Source: a virus
Virus record (IMG/VR): IMGVR_UViG_3300008886_000002
Location: 1-62,873 of that record
Strand: one strand, 5' to 3'
Length of the DNA: 62,873 nucleotides
The position numbers and the translations under genes are program-made. This document shows, piece after piece, positions 1 to 8,985 of the stretch (within the stretch, counting starts at the first letter, position 1; each line of letters starts with the position of its first letter). The notes under the pieces were generated by a model that saw nothing but the letters and a program-made list of their open reading frames with translations, ran no database searches and was not told the DNA's origin.

Positions 1-55
1 ACCTGAAGGAAGGAGGTAACAATTCATGGCGTCCATCGCCGACGTGTTTTGTGAC
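1..55. repeat. 55-bp terminal direct repeat identical to 62819..62873 (circular-assembly overlap)
   Basis: nt 1-55 recur exactly as the last 55 nt. Genes run across the junction (chaperone stop at nt 4-6). The unique unit is 62,818 bp. Confidence 0.95.
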
Positions 56-3000
56 CGTACTTCCCGAAACTAGTGCGATAGCACCGAAGATCAAGGAAGC
101 GTTTAGGTCTGTTGACAAGGATGCTGCGGAGGCTGGGCGTCGGTGGCGCGGTGAGATTGAGCGGGAACTCAAGGACACCAAGGCCACCATCAAGGTCGAC
201 GCGGACACTGCCAAGGCTCGCGCCGAGATTGACGAGGCGGCGCGGGACCGGCACTCGAAGATCCATGTCGATGTCGACAAGTCGGGTCTCGACAGTCTCA
301 CCACCTCGTTGGGTGGCATTGGCGGGGCGGGTGGCGGCGGAATCTCAGCGATGGGCGTCGGCATCGCCGGCCTCATTCCGGTGGCTTCTGCGCTGTCGGG
401 TGCTCTGGGGTTGATCCCCGCCGCACTGGGTGGTGCTGGTGCAGCAGCGGGCACTCTGGTGACCGGTTTGTCGGGGGTGAAGGACGCCTACACGGCGGTA
501 GGAGACGCCGCGAAGACGGCGGATAAGGATCAGAAGGAGAAGACGGAGGCAGTAGCGGGAGCGACCCGTGAACTCCAGTCAGCGATCCGCTCCGAAGCGC
601 AAGCCCAAGAGGACGTTGCGAACGCCCGCAAGACAGCCCGCCAACAGCTTGACGACCTCAACTTGTCGTTGCAGGGCGGCAAGATCGATGAAGCGCAGGC
701 ATACAACAACTTGTTGAAGGCTCGCCGGGACTTGGCGACGGGCACGTTCAAAGACCAACTGGACTACAACGATGCCGTGCTGAGGGTGGACCAAGCACAG
801 CAGACGTACAACGAATCGATCCAGCGGAACACGGAGCTGCAGGACAAGGCCAACACCGCTCAGGCTAAGGGCGTCGATGGTGCCGATAACGTCGTCGCCG
901 CCAACAACCGGTTGCTCTCCACGCAGGATCAGGTCGTTGCTGCGCTGACGAAACTTGGTGACGCGCAGGAGAAGACGTCCTCGCAGCAGCAGAAGGTCAT
1001 CGACACGATGGCTGAACTGTCGCCGGTAGCGCAGACTTTCGTCAACACCCTGCAGGGGTTGAAACCCGTTTGGGACAAGCTGAAGTTCTCCGTGCAGGAC
1101 ACCTTGTTCGCGGGTGTTGGTGACCAGATCAAGTCGTTGGCGCAAACGTATATGCCGTTGTTGACGTCGGTGATGACGTCCATGGCGTCGACGATGAACC
1201 AAACGTTCGGTCAGATCGCCGCAGTGCTACAGTCACCTGCCGCTCTGGCTGGCGTGCAGTCCTTGTTCGACAATCTAACCAAAGCCTTCCAGGCGTTCAT
1301 GCCATCAATTCCCGTCTTGGTGCAGGGATTTGGACAGTTGGCTCAGGTCGGATCGGCCTTTCTGCCGCAGTTGGGTGCAGCGTTCACTGAGGCGGCGCAA
1401 GGGTTTACGAAATTCATATCCCAGGCCGCAGCGTCCGGTCAGTTGCAGCAGTGGATATCCACGGGTATCCAGGCGATGAGCCTGTTGGGGAACATCACCA
1501 AGACGGTGTTCAAAGCATTCCTCGACTTGGGCCCGTTGGGCACCGCGATCATTTCGGCGCTGGATCAAGCGTTGACGGCGTTGGCGCCAGCGATTCCACC
1601 GTTGGCTTCCACGTTCACAGCGTTGGTCGACGCATTGACCCCAATACTGCCGGTAGTTGGCACGTTGATCGCGCAGTTCGTTGGGGCTTTGGCTCCTGCA
1701 TTGACGACTTTATTCAACGCGCTTGCTCCGGTGATTACCCAATTGGCGTCGTCGCTGACCCCAGTGATAATGCAATTGGCGCCCGTGTTGGGGCAGGCGG
1801 CAATGGCCATCGCTGGACCACTCTCTCAGTCCATTGAGCAGCTAGCGCCCTTGCTGGGGCCGTTGGTTCAGGCCTTGGGTCAGTTCTTCATCACAATCGC
1901 TCCTCTGATCACTCAGATACTGAAGTTGGGCACGGAGGCACTCCCCGTCTTTACAGCGGCGCTGAAGGTGAGCCTGTCGGTCTTCACTGATGTGGTCAAG
2001 CTGATTGATTTCGGCGCCAAGACGATTCTGCCGGTGTTCATGAACACCCTCGATGCATTTGGGCAGATGTGGACGAAGATCTTCAACGGCATCAAGTCCG
2101 TCGTAAGCGAAGTATGGAACTTCATCAAGCCAATCTTTGAGAACATCAAAGGCTTTCTCGATGAGCTTCCTGGACCGCTGAAGGACTTGATCGGCATCCA
2201 CGACACGGGGGCATTGCCCCAAGGCGCCGGTTTCGTTCCAAAGGCACCAGGTACTCAATCGCCTGTAACTGTCGGCGCCGGTACTGGGGGCAGCGGTTTC
2301 GCTTGGGACAAAGTCGCTCAGGCTGAATCAAACGGCAATTGGGGCAATGACAACACTGGCGGTCACATGACGTCCTCTGGTGCTCCCCGCGGTGGGTTGC
2401 AGATCACTGATGGGACGTGGCGGTCGTTTGGTGGTACGGAGTTCGCGCCGACCGCGAACTTGGCGACTCCTGAGCAACAGAAGATTGTTGCGGACCGGAT
2501 TGCCTTCACGGGATACGCCGGGCAGGCCCCGCAGGGACTGGGTGCGTGGGAGACCATCACCAAGGGAATGGTCCCGGGAGTTACGACCAGCAGTACTCCA
2601 CCGCCGCAGATGTCGCCGACGGCCACCGCGCCTGCGGTAGCCCCCGCGATGCCTTATTCGTCAGTCCCGGCGGTTCCCACTGTGGCGTCTCCGTCGTTGT
2701 CGGGACTGCCGGATGTCAGGGGAGCCCATGACCAGATTGCAGTCGTTGCACAGTTGGCCCAACAGTTTGGGTTGAGTGTCACCGCCGGTCGCGACGATCA
2801 CTCAAAGGACAGGGGCTATCACCCCCTAGGCGAGGCCGGCGATTTCGGCAACGGTGACATGACCGCCCAGGAAGGTCAGTTCGCCAACTTCATGGCGCAG
2901 AATTTCGGCCCGTACTTGGCAGAATTGATCAATTCAAGCCCCGGTGCGCAGGTGAATATCAAGGACGGGAAGAACACTCCGGTCATTGACCAGCCAGGGT

Positions 3001-3734
3001 CGATATACAACTCCGGCCAGGCTGGATATCACGGCGATCATGACCACATCGCCATCACCGACGCGATGGCTCCGCAATTCATTGCGGCCGCCCAACAATT
3101 TCTCGGCAACGGCGCCCAGACGTCGGCCGTAAGCGTCAGTAGCGCCCCACTCGGCACGCCGCAGGCGCCGATTTACACGGCACCTGCTCCAGGCCAGATC
3201 AACGGGACGGGCCAGGACACTACTAAGCAGTTGGGGCAGGACGTCGGCGGCGACTTGTGGGAGATGTTCGGCCTCCCTGGAATGCAGAACCCGAAGGACA
3301 TGGGCATTACCAAGTTCTTCACCGGACTGCTTTCCGGCGTGCTGGGTGTCAACCTAGGCGGCAAGACCGGTGGAATGCCCGCTTCCTATTACGCCAACGG
3401 CGGTGTCAATGGAGTCGGTCAGGGTGGTGGCGGGGACATCTTTGGAAGCATTTTGCAGAACGTCTTGGGAATCAAACTTCCCGGGCAACAGGCCGGCATG
3501 CCGGATATGCCGGTAAACCCCAACAGTCCTAACGTCCTTGATGCCGCACAGTTCAAGCCGCCCGGCGGTCCTGGTTCACCTGGCCCGGGGAACGCCCCGG
3601 GTGGCCCGACGATTGACATGCGTGGGGCGAACCTTGGTGTGGACCCGGCAGGGTTCCAACAAACCATTGGCGCGGTGACGGCGTCGATGCCCCGTTGGCC
3701 CGCTCTTCAGCAGCACCTTCCGGGGCAGGGATGA
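51..3734 (+). CDS. Tape measure protein with Rpf-like transglycosylase motif and LAS-type metallopeptidase motif
   Basis: 1227-aa ORF directly after the frameshifted chaperone pair, with a long Ala/Gly/Leu-rich helical middle. Contains WDKVAQAESNGNWGN...GGLQITDGTW and HPLGEAGD...HDHIAI. The start is uncertain (GTG51 lacks an SD; ATG26 has an SD but is in another frame). Confidence 0.9.
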   Translation: MTVLPETSAIAPKIKEAFRSVDKDAAEAGRRWRGEIERELKDTKATIKVDADTAKARAEIDEAARDRHSKIHVDVDKSGLDSLTTSLGGIGGAGGGGISAMGVGIAGLIPVASALSGALGLIPAALGGAGAAAGTLVTGLSGVKDAYTAVGDAAKTADKDQKEKTEAVAGATRELQSAIRSEAQAQEDVANARKTARQQLDDLNLSLQGGKIDEAQAYNNLLKARRDLATGTFKDQLDYNDAVLRVDQAQQTYNESIQRNTELQDKANTAQAKGVDGADNVVAANNRLLSTQDQVVAALTKLGDAQEKTSSQQQKVIDTMAELSPVAQTFVNTLQGLKPVWDKLKFSVQDTLFAGVGDQIKSLAQTYMPLLTSVMTSMASTMNQTFGQIAAVLQSPAALAGVQSLFDNLTKAFQAFMPSIPVLVQGFGQLAQVGSAFLPQLGAAFTEAAQGFTKFISQAAASGQLQQWISTGIQAMSLLGNITKTVFKAFLDLGPLGTAIISALDQALTALAPAIPPLASTFTALVDALTPILPVVGTLIAQFVGALAPALTTLFNALAPVITQLASSLTPVIMQLAPVLGQAAMAIAGPLSQSIEQLAPLLGPLVQALGQFFITIAPLITQILKLGTEALPVFTAALKVSLSVFTDVVKLIDFGAKTILPVFMNTLDAFGQMWTKIFNGIKSVVSEVWNFIKPIFENIKGFLDELPGPLKDLIGIHDTGALPQGAGFVPKAPGTQSPVTVGAGTGGSGFAWDKVAQAESNGNWGNDNTGGHMTSSGAPRGGLQITDGTWRSFGGTEFAPTANLATPEQQKIVADRIAFTGYAGQAPQGLGAWETITKGMVPGVTTSSTPPPQMSPTATAPAVAPAMPYSSVPAVPTVASPSLSGLPDVRGAHDQIAVVAQLAQQFGLSVTAGRDDHSKDRGYHPLGEAGDFGNGDMTAQEGQFANFMAQNFGPYLAELINSSPGAQVNIKDGKNTPVIDQPGSIYNSGQAGYHGDHDHIAITDAMAPQFIAAAQQFLGNGAQTSAVSVSSAPLGTPQAPIYTAPAPGQINGTGQDTTKQLGQDVGGDLWEMFGLPGMQNPKDMGITKFFTGLLSGVLGVNLGGKTGGMPASYYANGGVNGVGQGGGGDIFGSILQNVLGIKLPGQQAGMPDMPVNPNSPNVLDAAQFKPPGGPGSPGPGNAPGGPTIDMRGANLGVDPAGFQQTIGAVTASMPRWPALQQHLPGQG

Positions 3735-4759
3735 GCGGCGCTTCCCGCCTCATCCGGGGCAGTGAGTACACCGGACTCGAGTGGCGATCACTGCCTCCAC
3801 GGTTGAAGGCCGAAGCGACCCGGTGGGTGTACATCGGCCCTGATGGGTCGTGGTGGGACCTGGAGGGGCGTGACGCCGGCAAGCAAGGCGTCCGCCTATC
3901 GCAAGGGTTGCAGGGCGCCTACCACCTGCCGTTCGAACAACTGTTGACTGAGGCTGCTTATCAGGTGGGTTCCACCTATGAGCGCACCAACATCAACAAA
4001 CGGGTCATCAACCTCGGTGTCGTCATCGGTGCCCGCAATCCCACCTTGAAGATGACGTCGGACGCGTACCGGCACATTGAGGCGAACTGGTGGAACGCGT
4101 GGCCGTACGACACCCCAGGTTGGTTGGGGTGCCACACCCGGTTCGGTGGGTGGCGTTGGGCGGCGGTGCAGTTGGCGAAACCCGTCGACACGACGGTGAA
4201 GATGGATCCGGCTGCGATGCAGAACAACGTGCAGCAGTGGGACATGCAAATCATGGCCGTCAACCCGTGGTATGCGAAGCGGACATTGGTGGAAACGTGG
4301 AAGGCGCACCCGGAAACGGTGGCGCAAAACGGTTTCGATGAGGAAACCATCACCATCGCCAACCGTGGCCACCTCGCGGCGTATCCACTGTTCATTTACA
4401 CCGGTCCTGGTCGGGCGTGGGTGCAGGACGGTATGACCAACAAACTTGTGGCGTTGCCGGTGTTGTCGGCGGCCGACAAGTACGGCTTGGTGGACACCGA
4501 CCCCGCCCATCGCACCCTGACTGGGGCGGTGGATCCGGTGGACAACATCTTCTACCAGTTCATCCGCTCGTCGAAGGTGTTGGATTTCTTCCTCCACGAC
4601 TTGGAGGCGTTGGGGTTGCCGTTGTGGCGGCGCGCCAACGGTATCCGGTTCACCTCTCCGATCCCTCCGAAGACCGTCGCGAACCTGCGGGTTCGCCATG
4701 ACACCGCGGGAGGCAGTGTGACCGTCCTTCTGCCGCAACGATTCATCAGGCCGGCGTGA
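3731..4759 (+). CDS. Minor tail protein (distal-tail-protein position)
   Basis: ATGA overlap with the TMP stop. It is the first gene after the TMP. 342 aa. Confidence 0.75.
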   Translation: MSGASRLIRGSEYTGLEWRSLPPRLKAEATRWVYIGPDGSWWDLEGRDAGKQGVRLSQGLQGAYHLPFEQLLTEAAYQVGSTYERTNINKRVINLGVVIGARNPTLKMTSDAYRHIEANWWNAWPYDTPGWLGCHTRFGGWRWAAVQLAKPVDTTVKMDPAAMQNNVQQWDMQIMAVNPWYAKRTLVETWKAHPETVAQNGFDEETITIANRGHLAAYPLFIYTGPGRAWVQDGMTNKLVALPVLSAADKYGLVDTDPAHRTLTGAVDPVDNIFYQFIRSSKVLDFFLHDLEALGLPLWRRANGIRFTSPIPPKTVANLRVRHDTAGGSVTVLLPQRFIRPA

Positions 4760-7041
4760 CTGAGCCACTGCGTTTCGCCCACAACGTTGGTGGGGTTTTC
4801 CAGTCGAAGGTCATCGGTGCGTTGGAGGCCCCTTTGCCGGCCAGTGACCCGATGTCGGCGTACCGGTATCTGAATTCGCGTCGGCAAACGTTGATCGATT
4901 CGACCCGCCAACGACCTTTGATCCGGATGCAGGACAAGAACCTCAATCAGTTGGCGACGATCGGGCAGGAAATGTCCTGCGTCACCGAAGAGATCGCCGC
5001 CGACTCGGGGTCAGCGACAGTTGTGATCCGCGGCGGCGACTACTTGGGGGACTTCGTCCGCAACGCCGTCAGGATCGAAGAGGATCTGCATTTGAGTGTG
5101 GATCCGATCGGGACGCAGCCGACGTGGAAGACCCGGTGGGGCGGGAAGATCACCAACATCGGGGTGAAGCGCGACTCTTCGGGCATTCATACGGTGGAGT
5201 TGACGGCGATCTCCAACCGCGAGCATTTGAAGAACATTCTGATTGCGAGCACTCCGTTGTTTCCGCCGGAAGTTCAGCCCATCAAATTGTGGATGCTGCC
5301 CGCGAACACTAGGACGGCGTGCGCGGTGACGTTGTGGATTCAGCTGTTGAGGGCGTTCTCCCCGTTCGCGTCGGTGCCGACGAACATCTTCAACCCTGCT
5401 GGGTGGATCAACCCGCTCGGTCCTGACGCGTTGTTGAATGTGCTGCCCACGAACTGGCCGATTCAGGTGCAGTTCGTCAACCCCTTGTTCGATCAGTCTC
5501 GGACGACGTTGTTGACGTCGGCGTGGCAGGACTTCCACACCTCCACGGTGGACATCTTGAAAGACGCCGGTGTGATGGCCCGCGCGTACACGTATTTCAC
5601 TGAGGACGAGGACAACCCGCACCCGGAGTTGGAGGCGATCGTCCCCGACGAGTTCGCGGACTTGGCCCGCCCTGGCCGCAACGCGGTCGTCGTGGCGTTC
5701 GAGGACCACTCGGGGTATTCGGGGCCGACGGGAACCGCGATCGACGGTGTCATCAACTTGTTCTCCTCCACATTGGACGACTTGATCACCGAGACGGTGT
5801 TCCCCATCGACTCCGACGACGACGGGGAAGTGGACCCCGTGTTCCGCAAGATCTTCGGGGTGGCGCCGGACCCGCCGTGGGCGGTGTACCGCGACGGTCA
5901 GGAGTCCGGGATCATCGAGTCCGGCTACTTCCAGCACAAGGGTCCCGTCAAGACCACCATGACCGGCGGTAAATCACCCAAGCTGGTGAATGATTTGCAG
6001 TGCGTGGCGGGTGACACGATCATCGAAGGCCCCGACGGGGATGAGCGGATCGACGTCCTCGCCGAGAGTGGGCGGTCGTTTCGAGTGTGGTCGATCACCC
6101 CCCAGGGGGTGCGGGTGCCGGCGACGGCGGTGACGGCGTTCAAGAAGGGTCAGGCGGAACTGTTCGCCTACACCTTGGACGACGGACGCAGCATCAAGGC
6201 CACCGAGGAGCACCGCTTCCTCACCGACTGCGGCTTCCTCCATGGCCGCGCACTGAAGGTGGGCGACAAGGTCGGCACCGTCGACCACGCGAACGTCACG
6301 GGTGTTGATGTGGCGGCGGCGTGGGATGTCCCGGACCGCTTCTACCAAAACATGATTCCCACGAAGGCGCTGACGTACCGGACGTTGGTCAGCGTCGAAT
6401 CGTTGGGTGTCGACGACTTCTACGACATGACGGTTCCTGGGTGGCAGAACTACTCCGGTAACGGGTTTTGGAACCACAACACGTTCGGGATCCGGTTCGC
6501 CCTGTCGCAACTGCAGTTGGTGGTGACCTCCGGTGTGTTCGGTCAGGCCGGCGGCCCACCATTGGGGGCAGGTCTCTCGGACCTCTACCAGGGTCAGCTC
6601 GACAACACACTGTTCAGTTGGGAGCGGTACACCAATCCCATCCGCGCACTGCTCACCGGCGATTTCGGTTACTTGGAGCGGGTGGAACGCGGAAACGGTG
6701 TCGCCTACACCATTTCCAGTTTCCTGACGTTGCGGACTGGGGATCAGAAGACGAAACCGTTCCGCGGTTTCAAGACCCAAATCCGCAACGGCGCCCCATA
6801 CATCATCAACCGCGACATCCTGCTCGATGACAGGGTGGGGTTCGAGGTGGACGGCATCTTGTACGTCGACCAGGTGGCGGCCATCCGGTACGAGTACGAC
6901 CGCGGAAAGCCCATCACGTACACGGTGTCCATAGGTGACGACACCCGTCACGACGACCCGATCGCGCAAGGATTCCGGGCCATCCAAGCGGGCGCATCCC
7001 TAGTCGGCGGATTGATAGGTCAAGACACCCTCTTCTCGTGA
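4756..7041 (+). CDS. Minor tail protein (tail-tip position) carrying an in-frame mini-intein
   Basis: GTGA overlap with the upstream stop. 761-aa ORF, second gene after the TMP. Hint-domain blocks are present internally. Confidence 0.85.
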   Translation: MTEPLRFAHNVGGVFQSKVIGALEAPLPASDPMSAYRYLNSRRQTLIDSTRQRPLIRMQDKNLNQLATIGQEMSCVTEEIAADSGSATVVIRGGDYLGDFVRNAVRIEEDLHLSVDPIGTQPTWKTRWGGKITNIGVKRDSSGIHTVELTAISNREHLKNILIASTPLFPPEVQPIKLWMLPANTRTACAVTLWIQLLRAFSPFASVPTNIFNPAGWINPLGPDALLNVLPTNWPIQVQFVNPLFDQSRTTLLTSAWQDFHTSTVDILKDAGVMARAYTYFTEDEDNPHPELEAIVPDEFADLARPGRNAVVVAFEDHSGYSGPTGTAIDGVINLFSSTLDDLITETVFPIDSDDDGEVDPVFRKIFGVAPDPPWAVYRDGQESGIIESGYFQHKGPVKTTMTGGKSPKLVNDLQCVAGDTIIEGPDGDERIDVLAESGRSFRVWSITPQGVRVPATAVTAFKKGQAELFAYTLDDGRSIKATEEHRFLTDCGFLHGRALKVGDKVGTVDHANVTGVDVAAAWDVPDRFYQNMIPTKALTYRTLVSVESLGVDDFYDMTVPGWQNYSGNGFWNHNTFGIRFALSQLQLVVTSGVFGQAGGPPLGAGLSDLYQGQLDNTLFSWERYTNPIRALLTGDFGYLERVERGNGVAYTISSFLTLRTGDQKTKPFRGFKTQIRNGAPYIINRDILLDDRVGFEVDGILYVDQVAAIRYEYDRGKPITYTVSIGDDTRHDDPIAQGFRAIQAGASLVGGLIGQDTLFS
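6001..6480 (+). other. Mini-intein (160 aa, no endonuclease domain) within the minor tail protein
   Basis: Cys1 in CVAGDTIIEG, block B TxxH in KATEEHRFLT, C-terminal FYDMTVPGWQNYSGNGFWNHN followed by +1 Thr. In frame with the host ORF. Confidence 0.85.
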
Positions 7042-7421
7042 ATCGTGTGGTCAAGGATGGCGTTGCTCGTCGACCAGATGGGACTGTGCGCCAGCGGGTG
7101 TGCAAGACGTGTCAGGCGGATGCTCAGCGTCGTCGTCGTGAGAAGCGCTTGACGACGTGTTCGAAGGGTCACCCGTTTGACGGTGTCGCCGTGCACGCCA
7201 ACGGCCTTAAGCGGCGTTATTGCAAACGGTGCAGGTCCGAGCAGGTCAGCGCGCAAATGACGAAGCGCCATGCGGAACGTACGCATTGCAAGCGGGGGCA
7301 TCTCATCGACGGCGTGAACAAGAATCAGCGGTTTTGCCGGACGTGTAAGCGGGACAACGCTGCCAAGCGTGCGGAGAAACCAAATGTGTGTGTGCTTGTG
7401 CGCGAAGTTAAACCGACTTAA
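7038..7421 (+). CDS. Cys-rich zinc-ribbon protein (HNH-accessory-like repeats, no nuclease core)
   Basis: GTGA overlap. Repeated C-x2-GH...R-x-C-x2-C units resemble the C-terminal tails of the NUMOD4-HNH proteins at 15172, 37474 and 47390. Confidence 0.6.
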   Translation: MNRVVKDGVARRPDGTVRQRVCKTCQADAQRRRREKRLTTCSKGHPFDGVAVHANGLKRRYCKRCRSEQVSAQMTKRHAERTHCKRGHLIDGVNKNQRFCRTCKRDNAAKRAEKPNVCVLVREVKPT

Positions 7422-7439
7422 CTGAAACAATAATTCTCG

Positions 7440-7468
7440 AAGGCCCTCACCAATGGTGGGGGCCTTTT
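7440..7468 (+). terminator. Rho-independent terminator (copy A of a repeated terminator-SD module)
   Basis: 12-bp stem aaggccctcacc/ggtgggggcctt with a 3-nt loop and a T-tract. Followed by gcatggaaggacg and GTG 7484. Confidence 0.7.
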
Positions 7469-7483
7469 GCATGGAAGGACGTC

Positions 7484-7873
7484 GTGACCGACAAACCCGT
7501 CCACCCCCTCGTCGCGAAGAGAATCGCCGCCCTCAAGGACGTCGAAGACGCCGTGTTCCAACTCGAGCACGACATGAAATACCCCGTCGACGCGCACGGG
7601 TCGGCGTTCGACCTCAACCCCATCCACGCCCGCTACCCCGACGTCCTCCCCGCCTTGGTTCACCACTTGGTGAAGGCGGGTTGGCGCCGCATCGAGGACA
7701 AACGGTTCATCAAGGCCCGCCCCGTGAAAGCGGCCGGGTTCTACGAGGACTTGGTGACGTGGGTGCCGATGGACGAACCCGACGAACCCATCGAAATCGC
7801 AGAACCTGCCCCTGTTTCCGATCAGTGGTCGGTCGTCCCGACGGTCACTGAAGTGTATGAGGAGCGTGAATGA
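7484..7873 (+). CDS. Hypothetical protein
   Basis: 129-aa ORF preceded by the ggaagga SD. ATGA overlap with the next gene. Confidence 0.7.
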   Translation: MTDKPVHPLVAKRIAALKDVEDAVFQLEHDMKYPVDAHGSAFDLNPIHARYPDVLPALVHHLVKAGWRRIEDKRFIKARPVKAAGFYEDLVTWVPMDEPDEPIEIAEPAPVSDQWSVVPTVTEVYEERE

Positions 7874-8985
7874 CCAGTCCTGTCAGCCCAAGCGTGGGGG
7901 ACAACGTCTACCTCGCTGACATCCCGTTCATCGCCCACGTCTACGGAGTCATCTCCGACCTAGACACCCCCGATCAGGTATCGGCGTCGTTGGAGATCTT
8001 CGGGTCCAACGGTGCGTTGTCGCTGGCGGCGTTGATGGGCCCTGAGGGGCCGGCGGGATCCAACGCCCCGGTGGGGAAATTGCAGTTCGTCATCTACGAC
8101 GACGAAGACGACCTGCCCACCAACCTCACCGAAGACGACGTCGACATCGGGAAGTACTGGATCGTCCGCAAGTTCGACGACAACGGAAACGAAATCGGAT
8201 CGAACTGGTACATCTGGTATGGCGATCATTACGAACGTTTTCAGATGGGCACCGCCGGCCCCGTCGGGCCGGTCGCGAAGACCACCTATACGTTCGAGCT
8301 GGTCACCCCGGACGTCACGTCGACGGTAAAGACCAACAAGACCGGTGATGATTACAACCCGTCGATTCTGGTGCAGATCAACAAGGAGTTGATCCGCGGC
8401 CCGCAGGGCGTCATGGGCAACATGGAGGCGTTGGCGAACTGGAACGGCTCGGTCGTCGCCGACGACTTGGATGTGGCGACCTACAACGCGTCGACGAACA
8501 AGTGGGAGCCCCGCAACCTCACCACGGTGGTGAACAAGTTCTACACGATGCCAGAGGCGGCGTTCGTGAACGTGCCGTTGGCGATCGGCACCACGGTCCC
8601 GTTGGGGACGTTCCTCATTCCGCCGCAGGAGTTCGACTGCGTCCCGTATGTGCAGGGGCACATGCGGATCACGGGTATCGAGTTGGATGCCGACCCGTTG
8701 ATCGTGGGCGCTGAGGTGCGGTTGGGCGCGGTGAACGGGGTGCTGGTAGCCCGCGGGTACGGAAACATCTCCACCTACGCGTTCCTGCAGCCCCACGCGT
8801 CGGGGACGGCGACCGGCACGATCAACGACGCCATCACCCCCGGTAATGGTCGGGCGGTGATCCCAGCCGGGTCCACAGGGGCGGCGGCCACCTTGTACGT
8901 GAACGCCTACAACGACGGCGCGGCCGGTCTGTATCACTTCGACCGTCGCGGCGCGCAACTGTCGATTCTGTTGGTGCCGGTGTAA
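7870..8985 (+). CDS. Minor tail protein
   Basis: 371-aa ORF in the tail block, translationally coupled at both ends. Short collagen-like GPEGPAGS segment. Confidence 0.7.
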   Translation: MTSPVSPSVGDNVYLADIPFIAHVYGVISDLDTPDQVSASLEIFGSNGALSLAALMGPEGPAGSNAPVGKLQFVIYDDEDDLPTNLTEDDVDIGKYWIVRKFDDNGNEIGSNWYIWYGDHYERFQMGTAGPVGPVAKTTYTFELVTPDVTSTVKTNKTGDDYNPSILVQINKELIRGPQGVMGNMEALANWNGSVVADDLDVATYNASTNKWEPRNLTTVVNKFYTMPEAAFVNVPLAIGTTVPLGTFLIPPQEFDCVPYVQGHMRITGIELDADPLIVGAEVRLGAVNGVLVARGYGNISTYAFLQPHASGTATGTINDAITPGNGRAVIPAGSTGAAATLYVNAYNDGAAGLYHFDRRGAQLSILLVPV

